Part shown: in pieces, positions 26,840 through 35,492 of the stretch | Layout of the letters: the number at the start of each line of letters is the position of its first letter | Position numbering within the stretch: position 1 is the first letter of the stretch | From: Candidatus Berkelbacteria bacterium RIFCSPLOWO2_01_FULL_50_28 | GTDB lineage: Bacteria; Patescibacteriota; UBA1384; 2-12-FULL-50-11 | DNA: 64,000 nucleotides | NCBI GenBank assembly: GCA_001774395.1 | Contig: MEZX01000002.1 | Span: 96,753-160,752, forward strand | Direction of reading: 5' to 3' | Position numbers and translations under genes: made by a program | Notes under the pieces: model-generated | Seen by the model: the letters and a program-made list of their open reading frames with translations, nothing else | Databases searched by the model: none | What the model was told of the DNA's origin: nothing

Positions 26840-27550
26840 TTAGCGCTTCTTGGACTTCTCCAAGTCGCGCGGGTCGGTGCCGGTCATCGCCTTGGTGAGG
26901 CGACAGAAGGCATCGTCAAGCTCGCGGGAGACGTTGTCTCCGCTATCTTGCGAGAAGCCGACTCGGCCTAGGTCGACCGAGAGGCCCTTTCTGCCGGTGT
27001 CTGCACCGAGGACATCGAAGATGCCGTTGTCGGCGCTCGAGAAGCCATCGGGGTCGGCAATCTCCACCGAAATTTCGGCAAAGTCCTTCTCCGAATAGGC
27101 AGATGCAAAGATCCCCTGAAAGAGGTTTTGCAGCCGACCCTGCATATCTTGGAATCCCCTGTATTGGGTCGCCGAAACATGCACAACTGAGCACCCTGCA
27201 ACGTCGGGTTTCTCGCCTCTTTCAAGCAGGCGTCCGAGTCGGAGGTCACGACCCCAGTACTTCGCCTGGGTCTTGACCTTCTTGATGATCAGATCGTCGC
27301 TGTAGCCGCTGTTGTTGTCGTCGACCATGAAATACAGTCTGGAACCCGTCGGCAGCACGACTCGGCCCGTGTTGGCGTTGAGCTTGTCGTTAGCGCGGTT
27401 TAGGTCGCCATCGAGGCGACTATCGACCGCCTGGGCGACCAACGAGTTGGCCGCCTCGCCTACCAAGTTGGCGGCGAGGTCACGAAGCGACTGCGCCGGC
27501 GCAAGCGCCGACGCGATGACGAAAGTTAATCCGATAATCGTTTTCTTCAT
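26840..27550 (-). CDS. Secreted hypothetical protein
   Basis: Signal peptide MKKTIIGLTFVIASALAPA; own promoter and downstream hairpin 26783-26809. Confidence 0.7.
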   Translation of the reverse strand: MKKTIIGLTFVIASALAPAQSLRDLAANLVGEAANSLVAQAVDSRLDGDLNRANDKLNANTGRVVLPTGSRLYFMVDDNNSGYSDDLIIKKVKTQAKYWGRDLRLGRLLERGEKPDVAGCSVVHVSATQYRGFQDMQGRLQNLFQGIFASAYSEKDFAEISVEIADPDGFSSADNGIFDVLGADTGRKGLSVDLGRVGFSQDSGDNVSRELDDAFCRLTKAMTGTDPRDLEKSKKR

Positions 27551-27619
27551 TTCCTTAGTTCCTTAACGATTTCGAGTGCGCCCTTCCGGGCGTTTTACCA
27601 CCCGAAAGTTTCTGGGGCC

Positions 27620-27648
27620 ACTTTACCAGATAAACCGAGAAATGTCAA
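27620..27648 (-). promoter_or_regulatory. Sigma70-type promoter
   Basis: Minus strand TTGACA-tttctcggtttatctgg(17)-TAAAGT. Confidence 0.75.
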
Positions 27649-27777
27649 GGGATTCGGGTGTAATTATTGACCACGGATAGTTTAGCTCTCGTATATATTA
27701 TAATATATGAGGGAGCTAGATCATGAGTGACCGAGAACACTGTATATGGTATAATTCTTTAGATTCACCTGTGTGAA

Positions 27778-27797
27778 ATGGAGAGGTCGCATAGTGG
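27778..27797 (+). repeat. Copy of the tRNA-Ser(GCT) 5' end
   Basis: ATGGAGAGGTCGCATAGTGG identical to 27909-27928. Confidence 0.92.
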
Positions 27798-27910
27798 GCC
27801 GGAAGCGAGGGAACGCAGCTTTCGGCGGGAAATGAAAGATTTCCCCGGCGGCCACGTATGCCCAGTTTTTTGCTCGAGGACGATAGGCCGAGCTAGAATG
27901 TTGAAAACAT

Positions 27911-27997
27911 GGAGAGGTCGCATAGTGGCCGAGTGCAGCTCACTGCTAATGAGTTGAACCCGTAAGGGTTCCCAGGGTTCGAATCCCTGCCTCTCCG
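27911..27997 (+). tRNA. tRNA-Ser(GCT)
   Basis: GGAGAGG/CCTCTCC acceptor, GCTCA-CTGCTAA-TGAGT anticodon arm, long variable arm, TTCGAAT T-loop. Confidence 0.95.
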
Positions 27998-28061
27998 CCG
28001 TCGCCTCGCTGAAGCTCGGCTTTGGCGGACAAGTCCGCTAAGCTGGGCGTAAGCGGGACAA

Positions 28062-28301
28062 ATGAAATATGTATATCTACTGAAGTGCTCTGACAAGCGC
28101 ACGTATATCGGCTGTACCGGCGATTTGAAAAGTCGACTCGACAGGCACATGAAGGGGCATGTGCCCGCAACTAAACCAAGACGGCCAGTGACTTTGGTTG
28201 GATATTTTGCCCTTGTAAGCGAGGTAAGGGCGTTCGAGTTTGGGAAGTATCTAAAGACTGGTTCCGGCCGGGCGTTCTTGAGCAAACGAGTTCTGGGTTG
28301 A
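28062..28301 (+). CDS. Small GIY-YIG nuclease-family protein (UPF0213-like)
   Basis: YVYLL..TYIGCTGDLKSRLDRH..G...TKPRRP ... KYLKTGSGR. Confidence 0.9.
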   Translation: MKYVYLLKCSDKRTYIGCTGDLKSRLDRHMKGHVPATKPRRPVTLVGYFALVSEVRAFEFGKYLKTGSGRAFLSKRVLG

Positions 28302-28340
28302 GTCCCAGCCTCTTGCTCGTTTTTTTGCTAGACTGAAGCT

Positions 28341-28841
28341 ATGGTCAAACACCACGAAGAGAAAAAAGCAGCGTCCTCTACCAAGAGAACAGATCTGGTG
28401 TTTGAAGGGCCGGAGTTTGTTCACTACGCCAAGGACCATCTCTGGTACATCGGCATCGTCTTGCTGGCGGCTGGTTTCTTCTTTTTGGCCCTGAAGTATC
28501 AGGATTACCTTACTGCCCTGGTTGTCTTGGCGGCTACCGTTGCCATCTTCCGGTTGGCCAACCTGAAACCGAAATCACGAACGGTGCGAGTTGGCGAGCG
28601 AGGCGTGACCTGGGGCGACCAGGTACTTCCCTATCATCAGCTCAAGGCCTTCTGGTTGTCGGAGAACGATGGCCACGCTGTTGTATACCTGGAACGCCTG
28701 AATTTTGCCCCAACAATTCAATTCACGCTACCCGAGGGGAAGGGCAGGACCGTTCTTGAGGTGCTCTCGGCCGAGCTACCGTATCACGAGCATCGCGGCG
28801 AACCGCTGAGTGACCGCTTAGGTCGGCTACTTCGCCTGTAA
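28341..28841 (+). CDS. Conserved hypothetical membrane protein (2 TM + PH-like domain)
   Basis: GPEFVHYAKDHLWY, two TM helices, YHQLKAFW. Confidence 0.7.
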   Translation: MVKHHEEKKAASSTKRTDLVFEGPEFVHYAKDHLWYIGIVLLAAGFFFLALKYQDYLTALVVLAATVAIFRLANLKPKSRTVRVGERGVTWGDQVLPYHQLKAFWLSENDGHAVVYLERLNFAPTIQFTLPEGKGRTVLEVLSAELPYHEHRGEPLSDRLGRLLRL

Positions 28842-28901
28842 GTTCCAGGTTCTCCATTGCTTGGAGAGGCCCTTTACGCTAGTTTGGAAAATAGGGTTAC
28901 T

Positions 28902-30086
28902 ATGCGAAAATTATTGATCAGTATCGTTATAATCAGTCTACTAACCATCTCGCTTAACATTCCCGAGCGGGCGCTAGCTTTTGATACCAGCTCGGACAAC
29001 TACCTTCGGGGCAAATACTACAATAACCTGGTTGGTGACGCTGATTTTATTGACGTTAACAGTATGACCGTCAGCCAGATCCAGGCCTTTCTAGTGAGCA
29101 AAGGCAGCTATCTCGCCCGTGCTCCTTCGAGCAAGCTTGGCTCGGGTGCCGGCGGCCGCAAGGCTTCTAGGATAATTTGGGACGCCTCACACGGTTATCG
29201 CGAAGCTTCGGGTACGTCCCGGGGCATAACGGTAACAAACACCGTCAGCCCGATGGTCCTGCTAGTGACGCTCCAAAAAGAGCAGAGCCTAATTACTCGA
29301 ACTACCTACGATTCGTGGGCGATGACCGCCTCCATGGGTTACGGCTGCCCCGATTCCGGCGGCTGCGACCCGACCTACAGAGGTTTCACAAATCAGGTTG
29401 AATGGGCGGCCTGGCAGATGCGCTGGAACTACGAGGCTTCCGGCAAGAATGAAGCTTGGTGGGACAGTAATTACCCGAACGGCTACCAGTACTTTGTGGG
29501 AAATACGGGCTCGTTTGGTTGGGGTAGCACCTACTACAACGTTATTTTCCGCAACAAATCGACTGGCTCGCTGTATCGCTACACGCCGCACGTCGGGTAC
29601 GGCAACTTCAACTTCTGGCGTTTAATGATTGATTGGTTCGACATCTCCCCGGTAACGCTAGGCGGCACAGTTCACTCAAGCGACGACCACGTGACCATCA
29701 GCGACACTACCTACCGCAACTTGGTAAAAATCAGCGGCTCCAAAGCTTCTAACTCGTTCGCTTACTACGGCAGTACTCTCCTTGCCGGCTCGGGCAAGAC
29801 GTCGTGGACTATCAGGTTTTCCCCGCAGGTTAGAAAACAGACTTACTACATCACCTACAAGAGTAGCGGCGGTACGACATTGGGAAGGAAAAAGATCATC
29901 ATCGATCGGCGCAAAGTGGGCGATGTAAACGGCGACGGTACCGTTGATTTGCTTGACGTCTCGCTGATGAGTGACGCTTGGGGCAAAGTCGTTCGAGACG
30001 ATGCCTCGTTGAATCTGAATCCAGAGGGCGATAGCGTGGTTGACTTGCTCGACATTTCATTGATGGCCAACAGCTATGAAGGCTAA
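28902..30086 (+). CDS. Secreted lysozyme-like-domain protein with C-terminal dockerin-like domain
   Basis: Signal peptide; SPMVLLVTLQKEQSLIT..MGYGCPDSGGC..GFTNQV; C-terminal duplicated GDVNGDGTVDLLDVSLM / NLNPEGDSVVDLLDISLM. Confidence 0.75.
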   Translation: MRKLLISIVIISLLTISLNIPERALAFDTSSDNYLRGKYYNNLVGDADFIDVNSMTVSQIQAFLVSKGSYLARAPSSKLGSGAGGRKASRIIWDASHGYREASGTSRGITVTNTVSPMVLLVTLQKEQSLITRTTYDSWAMTASMGYGCPDSGGCDPTYRGFTNQVEWAAWQMRWNYEASGKNEAWWDSNYPNGYQYFVGNTGSFGWGSTYYNVIFRNKSTGSLYRYTPHVGYGNFNFWRLMIDWFDISPVTLGGTVHSSDDHVTISDTTYRNLVKISGSKASNSFAYYGSTLLAGSGKTSWTIRFSPQVRKQTYYITYKSSGGTTLGRKKIIIDRRKVGDVNGDGTVDLLDVSLMSDAWGKVVRDDASLNLNPEGDSVVDLLDISLMANSYEG

Positions 30087-30111
30087 TAGCGAAAGGTTAC
30101 AATTTGGGGTA

Positions 30112-31431
30112 ATGCGACGCTTTTTGCTCTTGGTAGCGATCTCTATTCTCAGTTTGACCCTGAACTTTTCTTGGCTGACTCACGCCTTGGCTGCCGGCTC
30201 GATCGGTGCCTACGGCGGCGGCAACTTTGTGACCGGTGAAACTTTCACAATTTCTGTGGTTGCGGGCGGTGCGACCTTTGATTCACTGCAAGGGGCTATC
30301 TCGGTTTCCGGTGTGGCTGATATCGTCGGATTCTCTGCCGGCGGTGCCACCTGGCTCCCAGGCAAATCTCCCAGTAACGGCGGCCAGTTTGTCGGCCTAA
30401 CCAGTGCCACTAGTAGCTTAACCGTGGCGACGATAACACTAAGCTCGAGCGCTGTCGGCTCGGGAGCCGTCTCGGTTTCCGGTGTCCGTTTAGCTTATTC
30501 GGGTGACGAAGTTGGTACTGGCGGTGGGACTGCCTATTACAACATCTCACGCGCCCCCACTCCTCCCGGCACGGTGGTCGTCTCTTCCTCAACACATCCA
30601 AACCAGAATAAGTTTTACGGCCGAACAACTGTTCAGCTCGCTTGGAAAGCTCCAGCAAACGGCGCTGATGGCTACGCGGTGGTGTTCGACAAGAAAAAAA
30701 CAACGGTGCCTGTCACGAAGATCACCACAACCAAGAGAACGGTAACGTATACAAAAGTAGAGCTGGGCACACACTACTTCCACATTCGCTCAACAAACGC
30801 TGACGGTTGGGGGCCGACGACCACTTTCCGAGTTAACGTCAAAGAGCAGCTCAATGATAATCTGGCTGTGCCGATAATCACGGGCCTTGAGAAACTGCCG
30901 GCGTTTGCAACCAATGTCGAGAACGGCACGGTCAGCGGGTTCAAAATGTTTGGCAATCAACCAGTGCTTACTGGCTACGAGCTTGAGCTGGCTTTCGACC
31001 CAGAAGGTAGGATTCCAGAGAAGCAGAAAACCTCCGTTTTGGTTGCCGCCGATGGTAGCTGGGAAATAGTATTCAACTCGCAGATACCAAGTGGGTTCTA
31101 TGAAGTCACGGCTGTCGCCAAGAAGATCACGACGATCACCCCGCAGTCCGAGCCGCTTAATATCGAGCTCTCGGTTGCCAACGGTGGCGAGGCCAAAGTA
31201 ATTAGCGCGGACGATTTGCCAAAGCCTGACCTGACAGTAACAGTGGCGGGAGTGACGTTTGCAACCAAACAACAGCTGTGGAAAGTTGTTGTCGCGGGGG
31301 CGGTGGCGTTACTGATGATTGCGGTCCTGGGCTACGCGGCCTCAATTTATTTTCGGCGTTGGCAGCGCAGAAAAATCTCGAAAAACGACGACGATTCGCC
31401 CAAGCCGAGCAATCGCGCCACCTTACGTTAA
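30112..31431 (+). CDS. Surface protein with cohesin-like N-domain, FN3/Ig-like domains and C-terminal TM anchor
   Basis: Signal peptide; VTGETFTISV ... VATITLSSSAVGSGAVSV; SSSTHPNQNKFY ... GTHYFHIRS; C-terminal TM followed by basic tail. Confidence 0.6.
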   Translation: MRRFLLLVAISILSLTLNFSWLTHALAAGSIGAYGGGNFVTGETFTISVVAGGATFDSLQGAISVSGVADIVGFSAGGATWLPGKSPSNGGQFVGLTSATSSLTVATITLSSSAVGSGAVSVSGVRLAYSGDEVGTGGGTAYYNISRAPTPPGTVVVSSSTHPNQNKFYGRTTVQLAWKAPANGADGYAVVFDKKKTTVPVTKITTTKRTVTYTKVELGTHYFHIRSTNADGWGPTTTFRVNVKEQLNDNLAVPIITGLEKLPAFATNVENGTVSGFKMFGNQPVLTGYELELAFDPEGRIPEKQKTSVLVAADGSWEIVFNSQIPSGFYEVTAVAKKITTITPQSEPLNIELSVANGGEAKVISADDLPKPDLTVTVAGVTFATKQQLWKVVVAGAVALLMIAVLGYAASIYFRRWQRRKISKNDDDSPKPSNRATLR

Positions 31432-31480
31432 GCCACCAACAGATTGAATTAAAGAGTGTAAGGCAGCATACTTAGGGAAG

Positions 31481-32953
31481 ATGTCTCCTTGGGGTAAAGT
31501 TGCCAGCTCTGTTGCGATTCAATATTTCGGTCGGACGCTTGGCCTATTAGTCTCGTTGGCCTCGACAGCGATCCTTACCCGAACGCTTGGCGTCGCTCTT
31601 TACGGTGAATACACAACAGCTCTTGCCATCGCGGCGCTGGTTGTAACTTTTGCCGATCTCGGATTTTTCTGGTCCACAATCAAGAGCCTGAACGTTGAAG
31701 GTGATGCCAAGACCATCGCCAGCGAGATCTCGGGCATCCGTTTTGTCGTTGCCTCAATACTGACGGCCCTAATGCTGTTAATCGTTTGGCAAACGAGCTA
31801 TCCGCTCGAGGTAAAGCAGGCGGTCAGCGTCTTGGGAATTTTTACGGTTTCTGGAGCGATGAACAACGTGCTGATCGCCGTTTTCCAGCAGAGCTACGCC
31901 ATGGTGACGCCGACTGTGGCCGAGGCGGCCAGCCGTATTGTTAACCTCGGGCTGATAATGCTTGGCTATCTGCTAGGCAAGGACCTCATCTGGTTTATTA
32001 GCGCTGTTAGTATCGCCTCGGTAACGGGGTTACTTATCAACTGGGCGGTATTGAGCTGGCGTAACGGCGTCATCTGGCCGAAAATAATCGGTTTCTCCTG
32101 GAAAAAGTACTACCGTTCGGTGGCGGTTATCGGCGCGGTGATGCTCTTTAACGCGCTCTATCTGAAAGTGGACGTGATCGTCCTCTCTGCTCTTAAGAGC
32201 TCGGTTGACGTTGGTATTTACGGAGCAGCGCAAAGGGTGATAGAGGTTGCGATGGTGTTTCAATCACTGTTTCTCGCGGCAGCTTTCCCCTTATTTCTGG
32301 CCCGCTTTCGCGAAGGATCGGCTCAATTTTCTCGTACGGTCACGGAAAGCCTGATGGTGGTCTTGGCTTTCGGGCTGCCGGTTGCCCTGGTCCTAGCGTT
32401 GTTTAGTGGCGGTTTGATTAACTTCATTGCTGGTCGGGAGTTTCTAGAGACGACTACGCTCGTAATAAATGGTACAGCGATCACGGCGGCAACAGTCTTA
32501 GCGGTTTTGAGCGCTTACGTCTTGCTGGCGCATGTCGGCGGGGTTATTGCTCTTGCTTTGCTGACGTCGGACCACTTGCGGTGGCTGTTTTGGGTGAACG
32601 TTGGAGCGTTCTTGGTTAATATCGGTATGAATTTGGTGCTGATCCCCCACTACTCTTACTTGGCCGCCGCCGCTATGACGGTCGTCACAGAGCTGATTAT
32701 CGTGGCGGCTAATTTTTACTATCTCTGGAGTCGGCATAGGCCTGCTATCAGCGGGAGCACTGTTGGACGGCTACTGGGTTCTGCCACGCTGGCCGGGCTA
32801 GTTGCCTTATTCTTACCGAGTCAAGCTCATGTATTAGTTAAGGTTGTAGTTACCGTTGCCCTGTACGGTACGGCAGTCTTCCTGACGGTCCCCGCTTTGA
32901 GAGCTCTTGTGGTCAGAGTCTTCCAGCCGCCAACGGAGGAGTCGCAGGGATGA
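31481..32953 (+). CDS. Wzx-like flippase / polysaccharide biosynthesis protein
   Basis: ~12-14 TM, LTRTLGVALYGEY, ADLG, DVGIYGAA. Confidence 0.88.
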   Translation: MSPWGKVASSVAIQYFGRTLGLLVSLASTAILTRTLGVALYGEYTTALAIAALVVTFADLGFFWSTIKSLNVEGDAKTIASEISGIRFVVASILTALMLLIVWQTSYPLEVKQAVSVLGIFTVSGAMNNVLIAVFQQSYAMVTPTVAEAASRIVNLGLIMLGYLLGKDLIWFISAVSIASVTGLLINWAVLSWRNGVIWPKIIGFSWKKYYRSVAVIGAVMLFNALYLKVDVIVLSALKSSVDVGIYGAAQRVIEVAMVFQSLFLAAAFPLFLARFREGSAQFSRTVTESLMVVLAFGLPVALVLALFSGGLINFIAGREFLETTTLVINGTAITAATVLAVLSAYVLLAHVGGVIALALLTSDHLRWLFWVNVGAFLVNIGMNLVLIPHYSYLAAAAMTVVTELIIVAANFYYLWSRHRPAISGSTVGRLLGSATLAGLVALFLPSQAHVLVKVVVTVALYGTAVFLTVPALRALVVRVFQPPTEESQG

Positions 32954-34455
32954 ATTTTTATCAAAGAGTAGTATCTCATCGTTATTTCTTTCTGGCGGCC
33001 AGCGTTTCGATCCTTCTAACTCAGCTCATATTGAGCTACTACGGCAATTTTAGGTACAACTACGATGTTGCCCCGGGGGACGACGTCTATAACCATCTGC
33101 GTTATATCGAGACTGCGCGGAGAAACCCGGAGTTCTTACCGACCCCTAGCTACCCGCCGGGGTTCCATTATCTAGTGTTGGGCGCTTCCCTGTTACTGAA
33201 CACAACGCCGTCCAATATCCTACTGTGGGGCTGGCCGATTCTGTTGGTGCTCTCTTCTCTAGCGGTGATGCTGCTGGCGAAAAAAGTTTTTGGTGCGCGA
33301 GTAGCTCTTGTGACCTTGGCACTTTACGCTTTGGTTTCGCTGCAGCCGCTCCAGACGGCCTACGATGGGACGCTGGCCAACCTGTTCGCCGGTAATGTTA
33401 TCATGCCTTTAGCTCTTATCGCGCTCATAAACCTCTGGAAAGATGAGGGCAGGTTGATCTGGCGAAACGCTCTGCTTTTCGCTTTGGCGGCGTTTCTGGT
33501 TGCCTACAGCCACCACCTCAGCGCGATAGTCCTGTTCGGTACCTTCCTCCTGGCTGGAGTGGCGAGATTTGGTTATCTCGCCGTCAAAAGCCGATTCTCC
33601 GATAAGAAGGCTGTTTATTGGCTCGGCACGATTGTCGGAGTCGGGGTTCTGTCGGTTGTCGGATATCTCTACTTGGACGTTCTCTCGCCGTTGCGTTCGG
33701 TCGTGGCTACCGCGATGCACTCGGTATCACCTGATCGCGTTTGGAAGCTGGGCTACTACGTGACGAGAATCGGTCCGTTGGTGGCTTTCTTTGGCTTTGT
33801 TGGCATGGCCTTGGTGGTACTCGGCAGTATTCGCGGGCGGTTTAAGTTCAGCAATCCGACCGGCCTGGCGGTTGTCTCTGCCTGGTTTGCGCTCTACTTT
33901 TTCGGCTCCCTGATAAGTGCTATCGGCGAACCCGAACGGTTGGGTCGGGACTGGGCGATGCCGGGAGCGATCATGGCCGGTGCGGCTGTCGTGATGATCT
34001 TTCGATACTTGAAGAAGCGGCCTGAGCTGCTACGTCTGGCGGCGGCGGCTTTTGCCATTTTCTTTGCCGTTGGATTTCTGGTGAAGCTCGATCGGCTAAC
34101 TAGCTACAACACTATGGTTAGATTCAGCCAGGCCGATAGAACCACCATGGAGCTCGTTCGGTCCGGTGCTCTCCCGACGCCAATCTATATCTGGCCGAAG
34201 CACCCGTACTGGAAGATCGTGGTCCCCGACCTAATCGCCTCGCGAACGGTTAGGATAGTGGAATCTTTCGCAGAGGCCAAAAAGGTTCTGCGCCAAAAAC
34301 GGGGCTGTCTGATCACCGGCTATAACAAACCAGGTACTTATCCGGAGCGTCTGCAGAATAACAGCCCCCTCATACGGCTGATGAAGGTTAAGGGCGTTAC
34401 CGCGCATTATCTGCTGGAGGATAAGGTAAAAATTTGGTACATTCTCTGTGACTAG
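32950..34455 (+). CDS. GT-C-type multi-TM glycosyltransferase-like protein
   Basis: GDDVYNH, YPPGFH loop motifs, many TM helices. Confidence 0.6.
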   Translation: MNFYQRVVSHRYFFLAASVSILLTQLILSYYGNFRYNYDVAPGDDVYNHLRYIETARRNPEFLPTPSYPPGFHYLVLGASLLLNTTPSNILLWGWPILLVLSSLAVMLLAKKVFGARVALVTLALYALVSLQPLQTAYDGTLANLFAGNVIMPLALIALINLWKDEGRLIWRNALLFALAAFLVAYSHHLSAIVLFGTFLLAGVARFGYLAVKSRFSDKKAVYWLGTIVGVGVLSVVGYLYLDVLSPLRSVVATAMHSVSPDRVWKLGYYVTRIGPLVAFFGFVGMALVVLGSIRGRFKFSNPTGLAVVSAWFALYFFGSLISAIGEPERLGRDWAMPGAIMAGAAVVMIFRYLKKRPELLRLAAAAFAIFFAVGFLVKLDRLTSYNTMVRFSQADRTTMELVRSGALPTPIYIWPKHPYWKIVVPDLIASRTVRIVESFAEAKKVLRQKRGCLITGYNKPGTYPERLQNNSPLIRLMKVKGVTAHYLLEDKVKIWYILCD

Positions 34456-34458
34456 ACG

Positions 34459-35145
34459 ATGAAATTAACCGTTGTTATCCCAGCATTTAACGAGGAGGAA
34501 ACCATTGCCGAGGTCATCAGCGCTATCCCGAAAAAAATCAGCGGGGTTTCTCAGATCGAGATAATTGTTGTTGACGACCAATCCAGGGACAAGACCGGGG
34601 AGATCGGCCGCTCTTTAGGGGCAACTGTCTTGCGCCATCGGCTGAATCTAGGAGCCGGCGGAGCGACGTTAACCGGAATTGATGCGGCCAGAAAACGCGG
34701 AGCGGATATGGTGATAACGATTGACGGCGACGGCCAGCACGACCCCAAAGAAATCGTCAAGTTAGTTCAAGCTCACCTCGAGAGCGGGGCGGATCTGGTT
34801 ATAGGTAGCCGATTTCTCTCCGATTCCCTAGAAAAAATGCCGGCCTTAAAGAACTTTGGTAATCGGGTAATGAACGGTATTACTTACGTGTTCAGCGGTA
34901 AGCATGTGACGGATTCGCAGTCGGGTTTTCGCCTGTTTGGGCGACGGCTAATAGCTGGTTTTGACCGTTTCACCACCAGCGGTTACGAATTCTGTTCGGA
35001 GACAATAATCAACACCAAGAAGATGGGTTTGAAAATCGCCGAAGTGCCGATTTCAACGATTTATTTCGAAGGCCGTCGCGGCCAGAACCCATTGAACGGC
35101 GTGAATATTCTCTTGAAACTAATCTATAAGACGGTCACGGGCTGA
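34459..35145 (+). CDS. GT2 glycosyltransferase (polyprenol-phosphate sugar synthase, DPM1-like)
   Basis: VVIPAFNEE, VVDDQSRD, DGDGQHDP, DSQSGFR. Confidence 0.92.
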   Translation: MKLTVVIPAFNEEETIAEVISAIPKKISGVSQIEIIVVDDQSRDKTGEIGRSLGATVLRHRLNLGAGGATLTGIDAARKRGADMVITIDGDGQHDPKEIVKLVQAHLESGADLVIGSRFLSDSLEKMPALKNFGNRVMNGITYVFSGKHVTDSQSGFRLFGRRLIAGFDRFTTSGYEFCSETIINTKKMGLKIAEVPISTIYFEGRRGQNPLNGVNILLKLIYKTVTG

Positions 35146-35492
35146 TGTTAATTACACTCGCTAAAGTACTGGCGACGATTTTTGCCGCTTTGATAATCTC
35201 CAAGAGCATTTTGAGCTACAAGCAGCATAAGGAGAATCTGTTTCTGACCGCATTTTGGGTGATTACCTGGGGCGTCATTGTTCTGTTTGCGTTTTACCCG
35301 GACCTGATCGGCAGCCTCTTTGGCGAACGGAAAGTTGGTGTGGGCACCGTCTTAGGGATCGGACTGATGTTTGTCTACTTTGTCCTCTACCGAATTTATG
35401 TAAAAGCTGACAGAGTCGAACGAGAGCTTCAGAAATTGGTCCGAGAGCTTGCCGTAAAAGAAGGTGGCAGCAGTGACCCAAAAAACCCGTAA
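35145..35492 (+). CDS. DUF2304-family small membrane protein
   Basis: 3 TM helices and C-terminal LQKLVRELA; coupled to the DPM1-like GT2. Confidence 0.8.
   Translation: MLITLAKVLATIFAALIISKSILSYKQHKENLFLTAFWVITWGVIVLFAFYPDLIGSLFGERKVGVGTVLGIGLMFVYFVLYRIYVKADRVERELQKLVRELAVKEGGSSDPKNP

Noticed and set aside
25044-27910. Integrated prophage or genomic island between the two Ser tRNAs
   Set aside because: No integrase, phage genes or tRNA 3'-end direct repeat; the shared GGAGAGGTCGCATAG is ordinary isoacceptor similarity.
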